Part shown: positions 52,541-63,461 of the stretch, one piece after another
Position numbering within the stretch: position 1 is the first letter of the stretch
Layout of the letters: each line of letters starts with the position of its first letter
Position numbers and translations under genes: made by a program
Notes under the pieces: generated by a model
What the model saw: the letters and a program-made list of their open reading frames with translations, nothing else
Databases searched by the model: none
What the model was told of the DNA's origin: nothing
NCBI GenBank assembly: GCA_964016885.1
Contig: OZ024743.1
Span: 338,458,001 to 338,522,000, forward strand
Length of the DNA: 64,000 bases
Reading direction: 5' to 3'
DNA from: Eledone cirrhosa
Taxonomy: Eukaryota

Positions 52541-53385
52541 AGTGGTGGTGGTGGTGGTGGTGATGGTGGTGGTGGTGGAGGTGGTGGTGGTGGTGGTGGT
52601 GGTGATGGTGGTGGTGGTAATGGTGGTGGTGGTGGTGGTGGAGGTGGTGGTGGTGGTGGTGGTGATGGTGGTGGTGGTAATGGTGGTGGTGGTGGTGGTG
52701 GTGGTGGTGGTGGTGGTGATGGTGGTGGTGGTGATGGTGGTGGTGGTGGAGGTGGTGGTGGTGGTGGTGGTGGTGGTGATGGTGGTGGTGGTAATGGTGG
52801 TGGTGGTGGTGGTGGTGGTGGTGGTGGTGGTGGAGGTGGTGGTGGTGGTGGTGATGGTGGTGGTGGTGGTGGTGGTGGTGGTGGTGATGGTGGTGGTGGT
52901 GGTGGTGGTGGTGGTGGTGGTGGTGGTGGTGGTGGTGGTGATGGTGGTGGTGGTGGTGGTGATGGTGGTGGTGGTGATGGTGGTGGTGGTGGTGGTGATG
53001 GTGGTGGTGGTGATGGTGGTGGTGGTGATGGTGGTGGTGGTGATGGTGGTGGTGGAGGTGGTGGTGGTGGTGGTGGTGGTGGTGGTGGTGGTGGTGATGG
53101 TGGTGGTGGTGATGGTGGTGGTGGTGGTGGTGATGGTGGTGGTGGTGATGGTGGTGGTGGTAATGGTGGTGGTGGTGGTGGTGGTGGTGGTGGTGGTGGT
53201 GGTGATGATGGTGGTGGTGGTGGTGATGGTGGTGGTGGTGATGGTGGTGGTGGTGGTGGTGGTGGTGGTGGTGGTGGTGGTGGTGGTGGTGGTGATGGTG
53301 GTGGTGGTGATGGTGGTGGTGGTGATGGTGGTGATGGTGGTGGTGGTGGTGGTGGTGGTGGTGGTGGTGATGGTGGTGGTGGTGG
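52541..53385. repeat. ~845-bp (GGT)n tract with GAT/GGA/AAT interruptions
   Basis: Direct reading; source of the poly-His and poly-Val ORFs. Confidence 0.98.
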
Positions 53386-54552
53386 GCCGTAACTCTATGC
53401 GTCAAAGCATGGCGTCCGGCCCTCTACCGATACTGCCAATCCAATAATGAAATTATTGTGTACAGTGCTCAGGTGCACTACAACTCATCAAAGGTGCATG
53501 TATAGTACATAGAATAATATACAAATGTCAGGGAAGTGAATAGTGTAGAGTCATGATACACATGTGTGCGTGTGTATGGCGGGAGAATATTAGGTGTAGT
53601 GTTGATGAATCTCAGGAAGCATGGTGGTTTTAAAGGATGCAGTGTCTCGACAGCTAATAACTGATGCAGGTAGTTGTTTAGCATGGACCTGTTACAAATA
53701 GCAGACAATTATCCCTCAAATCGCATATTACCATCTTAATTCTTTCTAACAAAGACACTGTGGTTAAGGGTGTTCGGTTCGTGATTGTAAAACCGTAAGT
53801 TCGATTCCCGGTGGCGCGTTGTGTCCTTCAGCAAGATATTTTATTTCCTGTTGCTCCAGTCCACTTAGCTGGCAAAAACAAAATAACACACACTGTATCA
53901 TTACGCTGAATCTTTTAGAGAGCTACGTGAAGGGTACACGTGTCTGTGAACCGGAAAAAATCTGAAACATTAATAATCAGGAAGGGGGGATTATTTGAGA
54001 CCCGAGAGTAATTATTTCTAATTAGGCATATGACCAGCAATTTGTGGGGAGAGGAAATTCGATTATATCACCCCAGTACTTTACTGGGACTTTATTTTAT
54101 CGACCCCAGAAGGTTGACAGGTAAAGTTGACAGTGGCGGGATTTGAACTCAGAAAAGAGTCGTAACTAAATGTAGGATATATACATTGGACATGAAGCTT
54201 CCTCTTGTGGTTTCAACGATAAACATCCAGTTTGTTAGAACAACGCAGAACTCGTGCAATAAATATATCAATCATCAACGGACCTCCATAGGTTTCGGGG
54301 ATGAGTGTTCCAGTTATTCGATCAACGGAACAAGCTGCTTATGAAATTAATATGTAAGTGACTGAGCATTCCAATGACACGTGTACATACGACCAGTTTT
54401 AGGCACTTTAAATCTAGTGAAGCCCATCGTTCTCCTGGTTTGGACACAGTCGTTTTATTTTAGTGATAGACAAAGAGAAAGAAAGACGAGAAGTGAGAAA
54501 GATATATTGAGGAATGATCGAACTCATACATTTTTTATCGACTGAAATAATG

Positions 54553-54759
54553 GCACAAGGCCAACAATTTTTGGGGTGGAAGGGCAAGTCGATTAAATCG
54601 ACACCAGTGCATTACTGGTGCCTTATTTTATCGACCCCATAAGGATGAAAGGCAAAGTTAACCTCGGCGGGATTTGAACTCAGGGCGCAAAGGGATGTAA
54701 CTCTATGCCACGAAGCATGGTGTCCGACTCTCTACCGATACTACCAATCCACCACCCTA
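54553..54759 (-). mobile_element. Full-length SINE family 1 with 16-bp target-site duplication
   Basis: TSD atcgactgaaataatg at 54537-54552 and 54760-54775; A-box-like and B-box motifs on the - strand. Confidence 0.92.
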
Positions 54760-54928
54760 ATCGACTGAAATAATGAAAAGCCGGAACAAATACCGCAGAA
54801 CATTCTAACCGACGGCCTAGTGACTTTGCCAATTCGCCGCATTAAATTTCATTGTTATACAATTTCATTGTTAAAATATTTCTTAGATAAGGTTTAAACT
54901 GTAAAGACATTCAAACAACGCACAAGTA

Positions 54929-54931
<3 letters not shown>

Positions 54932-55007
<76 letters not shown>

Positions 55008-55052
55008 GCACACACACACACATACACACACACATATATGCCCACACACACA

Positions 55053-55139
<87 letters not shown>

Positions 55140-55269
55140 TCACATACACACACATACATACACACATGCACACACACACATACACACACACACATACACA
55201 CATACACACACACATACCCACATACACACACATATATACACACACACACATATACACACACATGCACAC

Positions 55270-55302
<33 letters not shown>

Positions 55303-55482
55303 CACATACACACACATACATACACACATACACACACACACATACACACACATACACATACATATACACACATACACACACACACACACACATATATATA
55401 CACACACACACATACACACATATATATACACACACACATATATATTTACACACACCTACACACACACATACACACACACACA
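54932..55482. repeat. Compound (CA)n/(TA)n microsatellite
   Basis: Direct reading. Similar tracts occur at 29640-29975, 30259-30460, 31381-31430, 31702-31773, 32847-32928, 33126-33270, 49560-50065, 52140-52400, 60575-60819 and 62148-62310. Confidence 0.97.
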
Positions 55483-56010
55483 TTTGACAGAGTCGTTAGC
55501 TGGACGTGGTATAAAATGCAGCACAATATATTATTTTCTAGATCTGTTCACACTGAGTTCAAGCCCCAGAGCTGCCGAGATCCACTTTGCCTTCCACCTA
55601 TTTCGGAGCCTATAAACCCAGAGCTGCTGTTGTTTTTCTCTCTGAGGGACCAAGGGTTAACAAATCAAAAAGGGGGCATATTTCTGATCGTGACAACATG
55701 GGTACCAAAAATTTGGTGCAAACTTCTAAGTCATACCCAATTTCGAGTGACGGCCGTCGTTTAATTTCTTTTTGTTATATAGATATAAAGATATAGATAT
55801 ATATGTCAGGCACACATGTATATAATACTTAAAAATAGCTCCGAGGAATTCTTGAGTAGATAAATTATTTTTAGGACTGTACTGATAGCTGAGTGTTGTT
55901 ATTGTAGTTTTAGTTTAGTTGCCTATGTTGCTATTTTTTTTTCTTGTCTTTGTTGATGTTGTTATTGTTGTTGCTTGTGCTACTGCGGGCGGTGGTGTTC
56001 TTTCCGGATA

Positions 56011-56055
<45 letters not shown>

Positions 56056-56173
56056 GGAGGTGAGTTTTATTGTAGTACAATAAAGCAATGCAAATATCGG
56101 ATACGTAGCACAATATGTTGATTTAAAACTTCCCTATTGACAAGTGTTTTTTAATTTTCATATCATGTCTCCC

Positions 56174-56244
56174 TATTTTATCTGATGAGAACGCAGATAT
56201 CATCCCATGATGATATTTGTTTTTGAAATGCGCATAATAAAATA
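56174..56244 (+). ncRNA. Type I hammerhead ribozyme, apparently intact
   Basis: Stem I tattttat/ataaaata (8 bp), CTGATGA (56182-56188), long stem II gcagatatcat/atgatatttgt, GAAA (56225-56228), palindromic atgcgcat stem III, AUA triplet ending at 56236. Confidence 0.85.
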
Positions 56245-56556
56245 CTTGGAACTCTTTTAACCATCTTTTGATCTTATATTATATATAATATAATATAATA
56301 TATTATATACAATATATTAACAAATGGAAACTTGCCTTCTTTTTTTCCCTTCTTTGGCCTTTTAAAAACTATATCAATAATTTATATAATGAATAAGACT
56401 ATGCAGATAGATATAGTACTAAAATTAGAGAGAAGTGAGCGTGGAATAATAAGGAAAAACATAGAAGGCTGGGAATGTTAAAGAAGGAGAAGATGTTTGG
56501 GAGAAGACCCGCGTACTCAATCCCACATTACAACAAGAAGAGCTGGAGCTTCCATA

Positions 56557-57325
56557 GTGTTTAGGGCAAGCCAATATACGGGAAATAATGTTTAGTGTAA
56601 GCCAACACACAGACAATAATGTTTAGGGCAAGCCAACACACAGACAATAATGTTTAGGGTAAGCCAATACCCTGGCAATAATGTTTAGGGCAAGCCAACA
56701 CCCTGGCAATAATGTTTAGGGCAAGCCAACATCCTGGCAATAATGTTTAGGGCAAGCCAACACCCTGGCAATAATGTTTAGCAAGCCAACATACGGGCAA
56801 TACTTTTTAGAGCAAGCCAACATCCTGGCAATAATGTTTAGGGCAAGCCAACATACGGGCAATAATGTTTAGGGCAAGCCAACATACGGGCAATAATGTT
56901 TAGGGCAAGCCAACATCCTGGCAATAATGTTTAGGGCAAGCCAACATACGGGCAATAATGTTTAGGGCAAGCCAACATACGGGCAATAATGTTTAGGGCA
57001 AGCCAACATCCTGGCAATAATGTTTAGAGCAAGCCAACATAGGGCAATAATGTTTAGGGCAAGCCAACACAGGCAATAATGTTTAGGGCAAGCCAACACC
57101 CTGCCTATACTTTTTAGAGCATGCCAACAAATGGGCAATAATTTTTAGGTCATGTCAGTACACTAGCAATATTTTTTAGGGTATGTCAACACACTGGCAA
57201 TAATGTTTAGGGCATGCCAACAAACGGGCAATAATTTTTAGGGCATGTCAATACACTCGCAATAATGTTTAGGACAAGCCAATACACGAGAAAGAATTTT
57301 TAGGGCATGCCAGCACACTCGCAAC
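56557..57325. repeat. 31-bp minisatellite (~25 copies)
   Basis: Unit aataatgtttagggcaagccaacatacgggc (e.g. 56861-56891), with variants concentrated in the last ~8 nt and more divergent ends. Confidence 0.95.
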
Positions 57326-57837
57326 ATTGCCACCGGTGATAGCGAGGCTAAAACACTAAAATAACCAAACACTTTCACGGGATCTAACCTCAAAAATTAG
57401 AGAAGGAACGACACTGCTTATGACCCCTTTTTTTTTCAGCTTCTCAGACTTTGGGGAGACAGAGAAGAAGCGCTATTGTCAAACTGGAAACCTTGTCCAA
57501 AAGCTTGCAACAAAATGGCACCTGCTAAAGACAGCCATTAGCTGGTGATATATATCTGGGTAACCTATTAAAACTATTACCCATTGGCAATCACAAATAA
57601 GCCAAAGTATATAGCAAATACTCTTTAAAGAAACATGTTGTATTACCTTTCTCAGGGACACTAATGTTTTTGTGTGGTGAGTGTTTGTTATGGTAAATAA
57701 GGTCTTCAGTCCAGCGTCAAATTATAGATTATATATAAAACATTTTTTCTCTCACAACCCAACTCAACAACAAAATATTAACAAAATGAATGCAACACAC
57801 CAAATCGACTGCACAATATGATTACTCACCTATAAAA

Positions 57838-58033
57838 TAATTGTTTCTACTTTAGGCACAAGGCCAGCAATTACCAGTGCATTACTGGTACTTTATTTTA
57901 TCGACCCCGTAAGGATGAAAGGCAAAGTCAACCTCAGCGGGATTTGAACTCAGATGGTAAAGGGACGTAACTATGCTGGAAAGCATGGCGTCCGACCCTC
58001 TACCGATACTGCCAATCCACCGCCCTTAAAATA
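57838..58033 (-). mobile_element. Full-length SINE family 1 with 20-bp target-site duplication
   Basis: TSD atgattactcacctataaaa at 57818-57837 and 58034-58053; A box tggcagtatcgg and B box gagttcaaatcc on the - strand. Confidence 0.93.
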
Positions 58034-59382
58034 ATGATTACTCACCTATAAAAATGCAACTATCAACACAATAAAACTATCAACACAATAAAACTATCAA
58101 CACAATAAAACAACATTCGCTACAAGCAAAATAAATCTACAGAATATTTCATGTCTAAATAATAAAACCTGAAACTCATAACTATGAAATGAATCTGAAT
58201 CAAATTTAAACAGCCCAAAGAAAAACGGAAACGTAATAACTTATAATTAACATCACTCCATTATACTGGTATAAAGAGGGCGAACTCCGACCGGTCACAG
58301 CCCTCAATATCTAGTTTCTGTGCTAGGTTGTGGCTACCAGATAAATTAGCGCCGTATACTTTACAGAGCACTTAATCATAATAACTACTAAAAAATAAAC
58401 AAATACTTGCAGGGAATGATCTCAGCTAGGAACAGTGCCCAGTCTAACACGGCGTTGAATTTAATCGTGGGTGTGAAACAATCACCTACACAGACACTAT
58501 ATTGAACGTACAGCCTCATCTTCTCGCCTCTTCCTAAAGCTGGACATGTGTAAGGCCTTTAATTGAATTAGATGTGACAATGACCTAGAGGTAGCTACTA
58601 TAAATGAGGTCAAACAACACGCGCTCTCTATTCACAGTGTTAGGTGTTTACTTCGCTACACTGCTCAAAACTGTCATTAAAATAAATCTCGACGCCTGAA
58701 TTTCCTACTTCAAATTGAGATGAGGAAATTGCACCTGGGGACAGAGCTCTGCGATGTGGAATGGTAGATGCAGCGAATATCACTGGCTGTTCTTCATGGC
58801 AACACTTTTACTATTTTGTCTGCTGTCCATAGATAAGATATGCTTTCCAACCGAGGGTGTAGATATTACCGTTTTTCCCTTTGTTCTCTTCTTCAATTTC
58901 TATTTTTGCTGTGTATATTTGAAAAACTCTAGGAAGAATATTTAAATAGTCTACCATACCATGACAGCTGGTGGTTTGTGAATTCATTATCCACCTTCTA
59001 TCTGTTGATAGTATCAAATTATCCGTTGGTCAATATTCCTTTGAAGAGAAAGGATCCATTTGGGTAGTGTGTTTTCGTTACGATTGATTTCTATCTCTCC
59101 CATCTGTTACAGAATGGATACTGCAACACAATTAGAGTAAGACACTCAATACCCCAAAAGACTGGGAGGAGCTTCGATCTGTACTTAGTGTTCTTGAACT
59201 TGATCGATCACAGATAAAATCAAGTCAGAATGACTTGTGTCATAACTGTTCTTTTCGGTTGTGGTTTGTCTATGTATTATAAATAGCAACGTTTTTCTCA
59301 AGTTTTGCTGTAGACTATAATTGAAGTTGTTTATAATATTCGCTCGATTCTAAATATTTACAACGTTCTTCTATGTGTTCTT

Positions 59383-59872
59383 TTATGTCAGGTCACTCTC
59401 GAGTGCTACTGGTAGCGTGTAACCCAGTACAATCTGTCGCATGGACGGGTCGTCAGCGACTAAACCGGCAACCCCACCAAGTTTACTTAGTGAGGAGGGT
59501 GATTTTGGACACCCTGCAGGACAAAAAACAAAACCTGATAAAGGACTGAAGAACTCATAAGAGTCAACAGCCATCTAAAAAAAAAAAGAAATCCTGCCAA
59601 ATCAATGGGTGGCAGTAGTTCCAGCTGCACGCATCGAAAGACTGGTGTAGTGGTTCTGAGAACAATGAGGCTTTGCAAATGATCAATGTAAATTGACAAT
59701 GGAAAGGCGCTCCCGCTCGAGTTAGAAGAGAACTATTGACCTTCGGGAGAAGCAGCGCCCCTGATTGTATTCAGCAACCAAAACAAATATGAAGTACACC
59801 AAATCCAATGCTCCTAGGGGCGGCCCTGGTTCTTCTTATTTGCGAAAGTAAACTCGGCCAGATTAGATTAGA
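59383..59872 (+). mobile_element. Non-autonomous bipartite RTE-like retroelement with 14-bp TSD
   Basis: TSD ttctatgtgttctt at 59369-59382 and 59873-59886. The 5' leader is shared with 60372, 62849 and 63462, and the element ends in a short (GATTA)n tail. Confidence 0.8.
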
Positions 59873-59941
59873 TTCTATGTGTTCTTGTAATAGTTGTATC
59901 TCATCGTTATTGTTTTGGTTTTTAATATCGATGATCTCATA

Positions 59942-60132
59942 TAGGGACAATCCTGGAAATAGAGCAATACCAGGCCAACCCGTGGCAAAGGTAGAGCAAG
60001 ACCCCTAACTCTTCGCCTAGTTCTAAAAATCAGTTTAATATCTGATACGGTCCCATAAGGCACCGTATAAGATATTAAGCTGATAAGAACAGACACTACA
60101 CTTAGATCTATTCCAAAAGGCCGAGAAGCGAT
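59942..60132 (-). pseudogene. U2: U2 snRNA retrocopy/variant, full length but mutated
   Basis: Minus strand atcgcttctcggccttttgg...gtgtagtgtctgttcttatcagcttaatatc...tattaaactgatttttag...cacgggttggcctggtattgc...ccaggattgtccc is clearly invertebrate-type U2. It carries substitutions in the U6-pairing, branch-site and loop IV regions and is flanked by tattgttt(t)ggt repeats. Confidence 0.92.
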
Positions 60133-60371
60133 TATTGTTTGGTCGTAGTTCGTGATTGTAGTTAATTTCTCGGAGGAAGAATCTATTGGGTCGTTACGGC
60201 CTTTACGGTCTGAGTCCAAATGCTGCTGGGGTTAATTAACTTCGCTTGACATCCTTTCAGAATGTATGTATGTATGTATGTATGTATGTATGTATGTATG
60301 TATGTATGTATGTATGTATGTATGTATGTATGTATGTATGTATGTATGTATGTACGTATGTATGTATATAT

Positions 60372-60562
60372 TATGTCGGGTCACTCTTGAGTGATACTGG
60401 TAGCGTGTAACCCAGTACCTGTTGCATGGTCGGGTCGTCGGCGACTAAACCGGCAACCCCACCATGTTTACTTGGTGAGAAGGGTGATTTTGGACACCCT
60501 GCAGGACAAAAAACAAACTTGACAAAGGGTGGAAGAACTCATAAGAGTCAACGGCTATCCAC
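60372..60562 (+). mobile_element. RTE-like 5' leader fragment following (TATG)n
   Basis: High similarity to 59385-59577. Confidence 0.8.
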
Positions 60563-60622
60563 AAATGTGTAAATATGTATATATATGTATGCATGTGTAT
60601 GTGTATATATATATATATATAT

Positions 60623-60708
<86 letters not shown>

Positions 60709-60735
60709 TCGTATATATATCCATATATATATATA

Positions 60736-60822
<87 letters not shown>

Positions 60823-60905
60823 ATAATAATAAATTTGAAGTCTAAAATCCAAAGAGAGCTCGATAAGGATAAATATATATCAAATATATAAGAACCGTAG
60901 AGAAA

Positions 60906-61524
60906 ATATTTATTAAAATAACAGATTAAAGTTTAAGCAAAGAATCGCTGCTTTCACCCTTAACGGGATCTTCTGAAACTAAAACAAGTCAATCTGTGAA
61001 CGCAGAAATAAATATTTAAAAAAACGTTGCAACCTCTGTAATTTATTTACTTTATTCTTAACTCTGAAGCCGAGAATCATTCGGTTTCCTAATAGAATTT
61101 TAGTCTACGACTTCAGTTATACCGTATACGTGGTTTTGTCTTTGCGTGTAATCGTTTTCACCGCTCCATATAATGACGTATTATCTTCGTTTTTTCCGTT
61201 CATTGCCAGAAAACGTCTCCACGAACCACCTAATAGAATATTAGTCTACGACTTCATTTATACCATTAAACGTGGTTTTGTCTTTGCGTGTAATTGTTTT
61301 CACCGCTCCAAATTATGACGTATTATCTTTGTCTTTATCCGTTCTTTGCCAGGGAACGTTTCCATGAACCAAAGTATCGTCTTCCTGTCTTCCTTCAGTT
61401 GCAAAGTTTTTTGAAATATTTACTTCTGCGTTCACAGATTGATTTTTTTAGTTTCAGAAGGTCCCGTTAAGGGCGAAAGCAGTGATTCTTTGCTTAAACT
61501 TTAATCTGTTATTTTAATAAATAT
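60906..61524. repeat. Inverted repeat (~127-bp diverged arms) enclosing a 141-bp direct duplication
   Basis: 60906-61033 is approximately the reverse complement of 61398-61524. Direct repeats start at 61088 and 61229 (cctaatagaat...gaacca). Confidence 0.88.
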
Positions 61525-62143
61525 ATAAATATATAGGGAAATCATATCAAGCCTCAGTCCACCATTTGCCTCCATCATGGAATCATGGATCAACTAAGCA
61601 CTCATGCTATATTAACACATTTTGATCTGCTTAACTTCAAGAACAATGCCTGTAAATAACATTATTTTTTCTTTCACATTGACTTTTTATGCTCTACATC
61701 ACGCCCGTTTTTTTTTCTTTTTTCTTTTTCTTTTTTCTTTTTTCTTTTTTCTTTTTTCTTTTTTCTTTTTTCTTTTTTCTTTTTTCTTTTTTCTTTTTTC
61801 TTTTTTCTTTTTTCTTTTTTCTTTTCACTTCATAAACCTTGTTTGTAAATAACATTATTCTTTCTGCACCTTCTCTTTAAGATGTGCGACACCACACTAA
61901 TACATATCACTATCATTTGATAATGCATAAAAATGCTGAAACCGGTAATAGACAATTATTAAATATATAAATAGATAAATAAATGCCATTGTTAAATAAT
62001 AAATAAATCAACTAATATCTTAACACTTCACACAAAGTAAAACATTTCGTTTTAATCATTTTCTAACCCAGCAAAAAGAGAGAGAGAAATAAAAAAGGAA
62101 AAAAATATATTTTTCTTCCTAATAATCGTCTCTTTCTCCCTGT

Positions 62144-62201
<58 letters not shown>

Positions 62202-62263
62202 TATACTTAAATGCAACAACACAGCTCGCCATTTTGATTCATATATATACATACATATGTGTG

Positions 62264-62312
<49 letters not shown>

Positions 62313-62365
62313 ACGTATGTATATATATATGCATGCATGTGTTTGTAAATGCGCAGGGACATAGA

Positions 62366-62710
62366 AATAGTCGGGCTGGACACCAGATCACGCGGTTAAA
62401 CCACTGGGAGTGAAGGACCTCTAGCCTTTGTCAGGGCATTCTTCTAGGAGAAGGCAACTCAGGAAACTGGGATAACTCCGACATAAAACCTGCGGCTCAG
62501 TAGTTACTGATGATGTTGATCTTTTCTTCTTTTAGGGTTATAGCTACTGTCTCTCAGAGAGTGTGATTGGCTCAGTGCACAGTCTTTCCTCACTTTAAAA
62601 AATATCTTCACGCACAGGCATTGCAGGATAGAATTAATTAATTAATAATTATTAATAATGGTAAATCGTGCAATGGCCATACTCGATAACGAGGGGGCAG
62701 CCATCATTAT
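62366..62710 (+). mobile_element. Bipartite RTE-like element (distal 5' UTR plus 3' terminus)
   Basis: ctaggagaaggcaactc...cttcacgcacaggcattgc is shared with 63080-63245 and 63700-63860. It ends ggccatactcgataacgagggggcagccatcat followed by (TATG)n. Confidence 0.7.
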
Positions 62711-62848
62711 GTATGTATGTCTGAGTTCAAATTCCGCCGAGGTTAACTGTGCCTTTCATCCTTACGGGGTCGATAAAATAAAGTACCAGTAATGTACTGG
62801 TAAATTGCTGGCCTTGTGCCAAAAGTAGAAACAATTATGTATGTATGT

Positions 62849-63386
62849 TATGTCAGGTCACTCTTCAATGCCACTGGTAACATGCAACCCAGTACATGGT
62901 CAGTCGTCGGCGACTAAACTGGCTACTCCATCAAGTTTCTTGGTGAGGAGGGTGATTTTTGACACCCGACTGGATGAAAAACAAACCCGTCAAAAGGCGG
63001 ATGAACTCAAGAGAGTCAACGGCTATCCAATAAAGTTTTTTTGTAGAGCGAAAGAGTCCTAGTCTTCATTAAGACATCTCTCTAGGAGAAGGTTACTCTG
63101 ATATAAAATCTCCGACTTCGCTTGCATCCAATGATGTAGGCCAGTTCTGCTTTTTGTGAAAATGCATTCGATATTCAGAGAGTGGAATTGGCCCCGTGCA
63201 AAACCTTTCCTCGCTTAAAAAAGCTTCAAGCACAGGCATCGCTTGATATGTAACATGTTTTACGGTACATGGTATTGCTGGTCACACTACACGTAAGTCA
63301 CTAGAATGACTAAAAGGCTACATCCGTGATGCTCATGCTAAAGTATCAAGCGATGACATTATTTGAAATTGAGTTCCAGCCATCAT
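62849..63386 (+). mobile_element. Bipartite RTE-like element
   Basis: Complete leader (ggtcactc...gcacaggcatcgc), a short unique segment, then a 3' end cagccatcat followed by (GTAT)n. Confidence 0.75.
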
Positions 63387-63403
63387 GTATGTATGTATGT
63401 ATG

Positions 63404-63437
<34 letters not shown>

Positions 63438-63461
63438 TGTATGTATGTATGTATGTATGTG

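Noticed and set aside
52518-53447. 295-aa poly-His and 301-aa poly-Val ORFs
   Set aside because: Translations of a (GGT)n microsatellite that is stop-free by composition. There is no splice or domain evidence.
57960-58030. tRNA gene call for the A/B-box sequences
   Set aside because: No cloverleaf could be folded. The boxes belong to dispersed SINE copies with bodies and TSDs.
59756-59822. cgcccct...aggggcg hairpin as a pre-miRNA/Y-RNA, and U4-like words near 59609-59670
   Set aside because: Lies inside a TSD-flanked retroelement, pairing is loose, and similarity to known ncRNAs is only a few short words.
59942-60132. Keno/Utopia-type insertion into U2
   Set aside because: The U2 copy is uninterrupted and the Tx1 copies are more than 10 kb away in GATA repeats.
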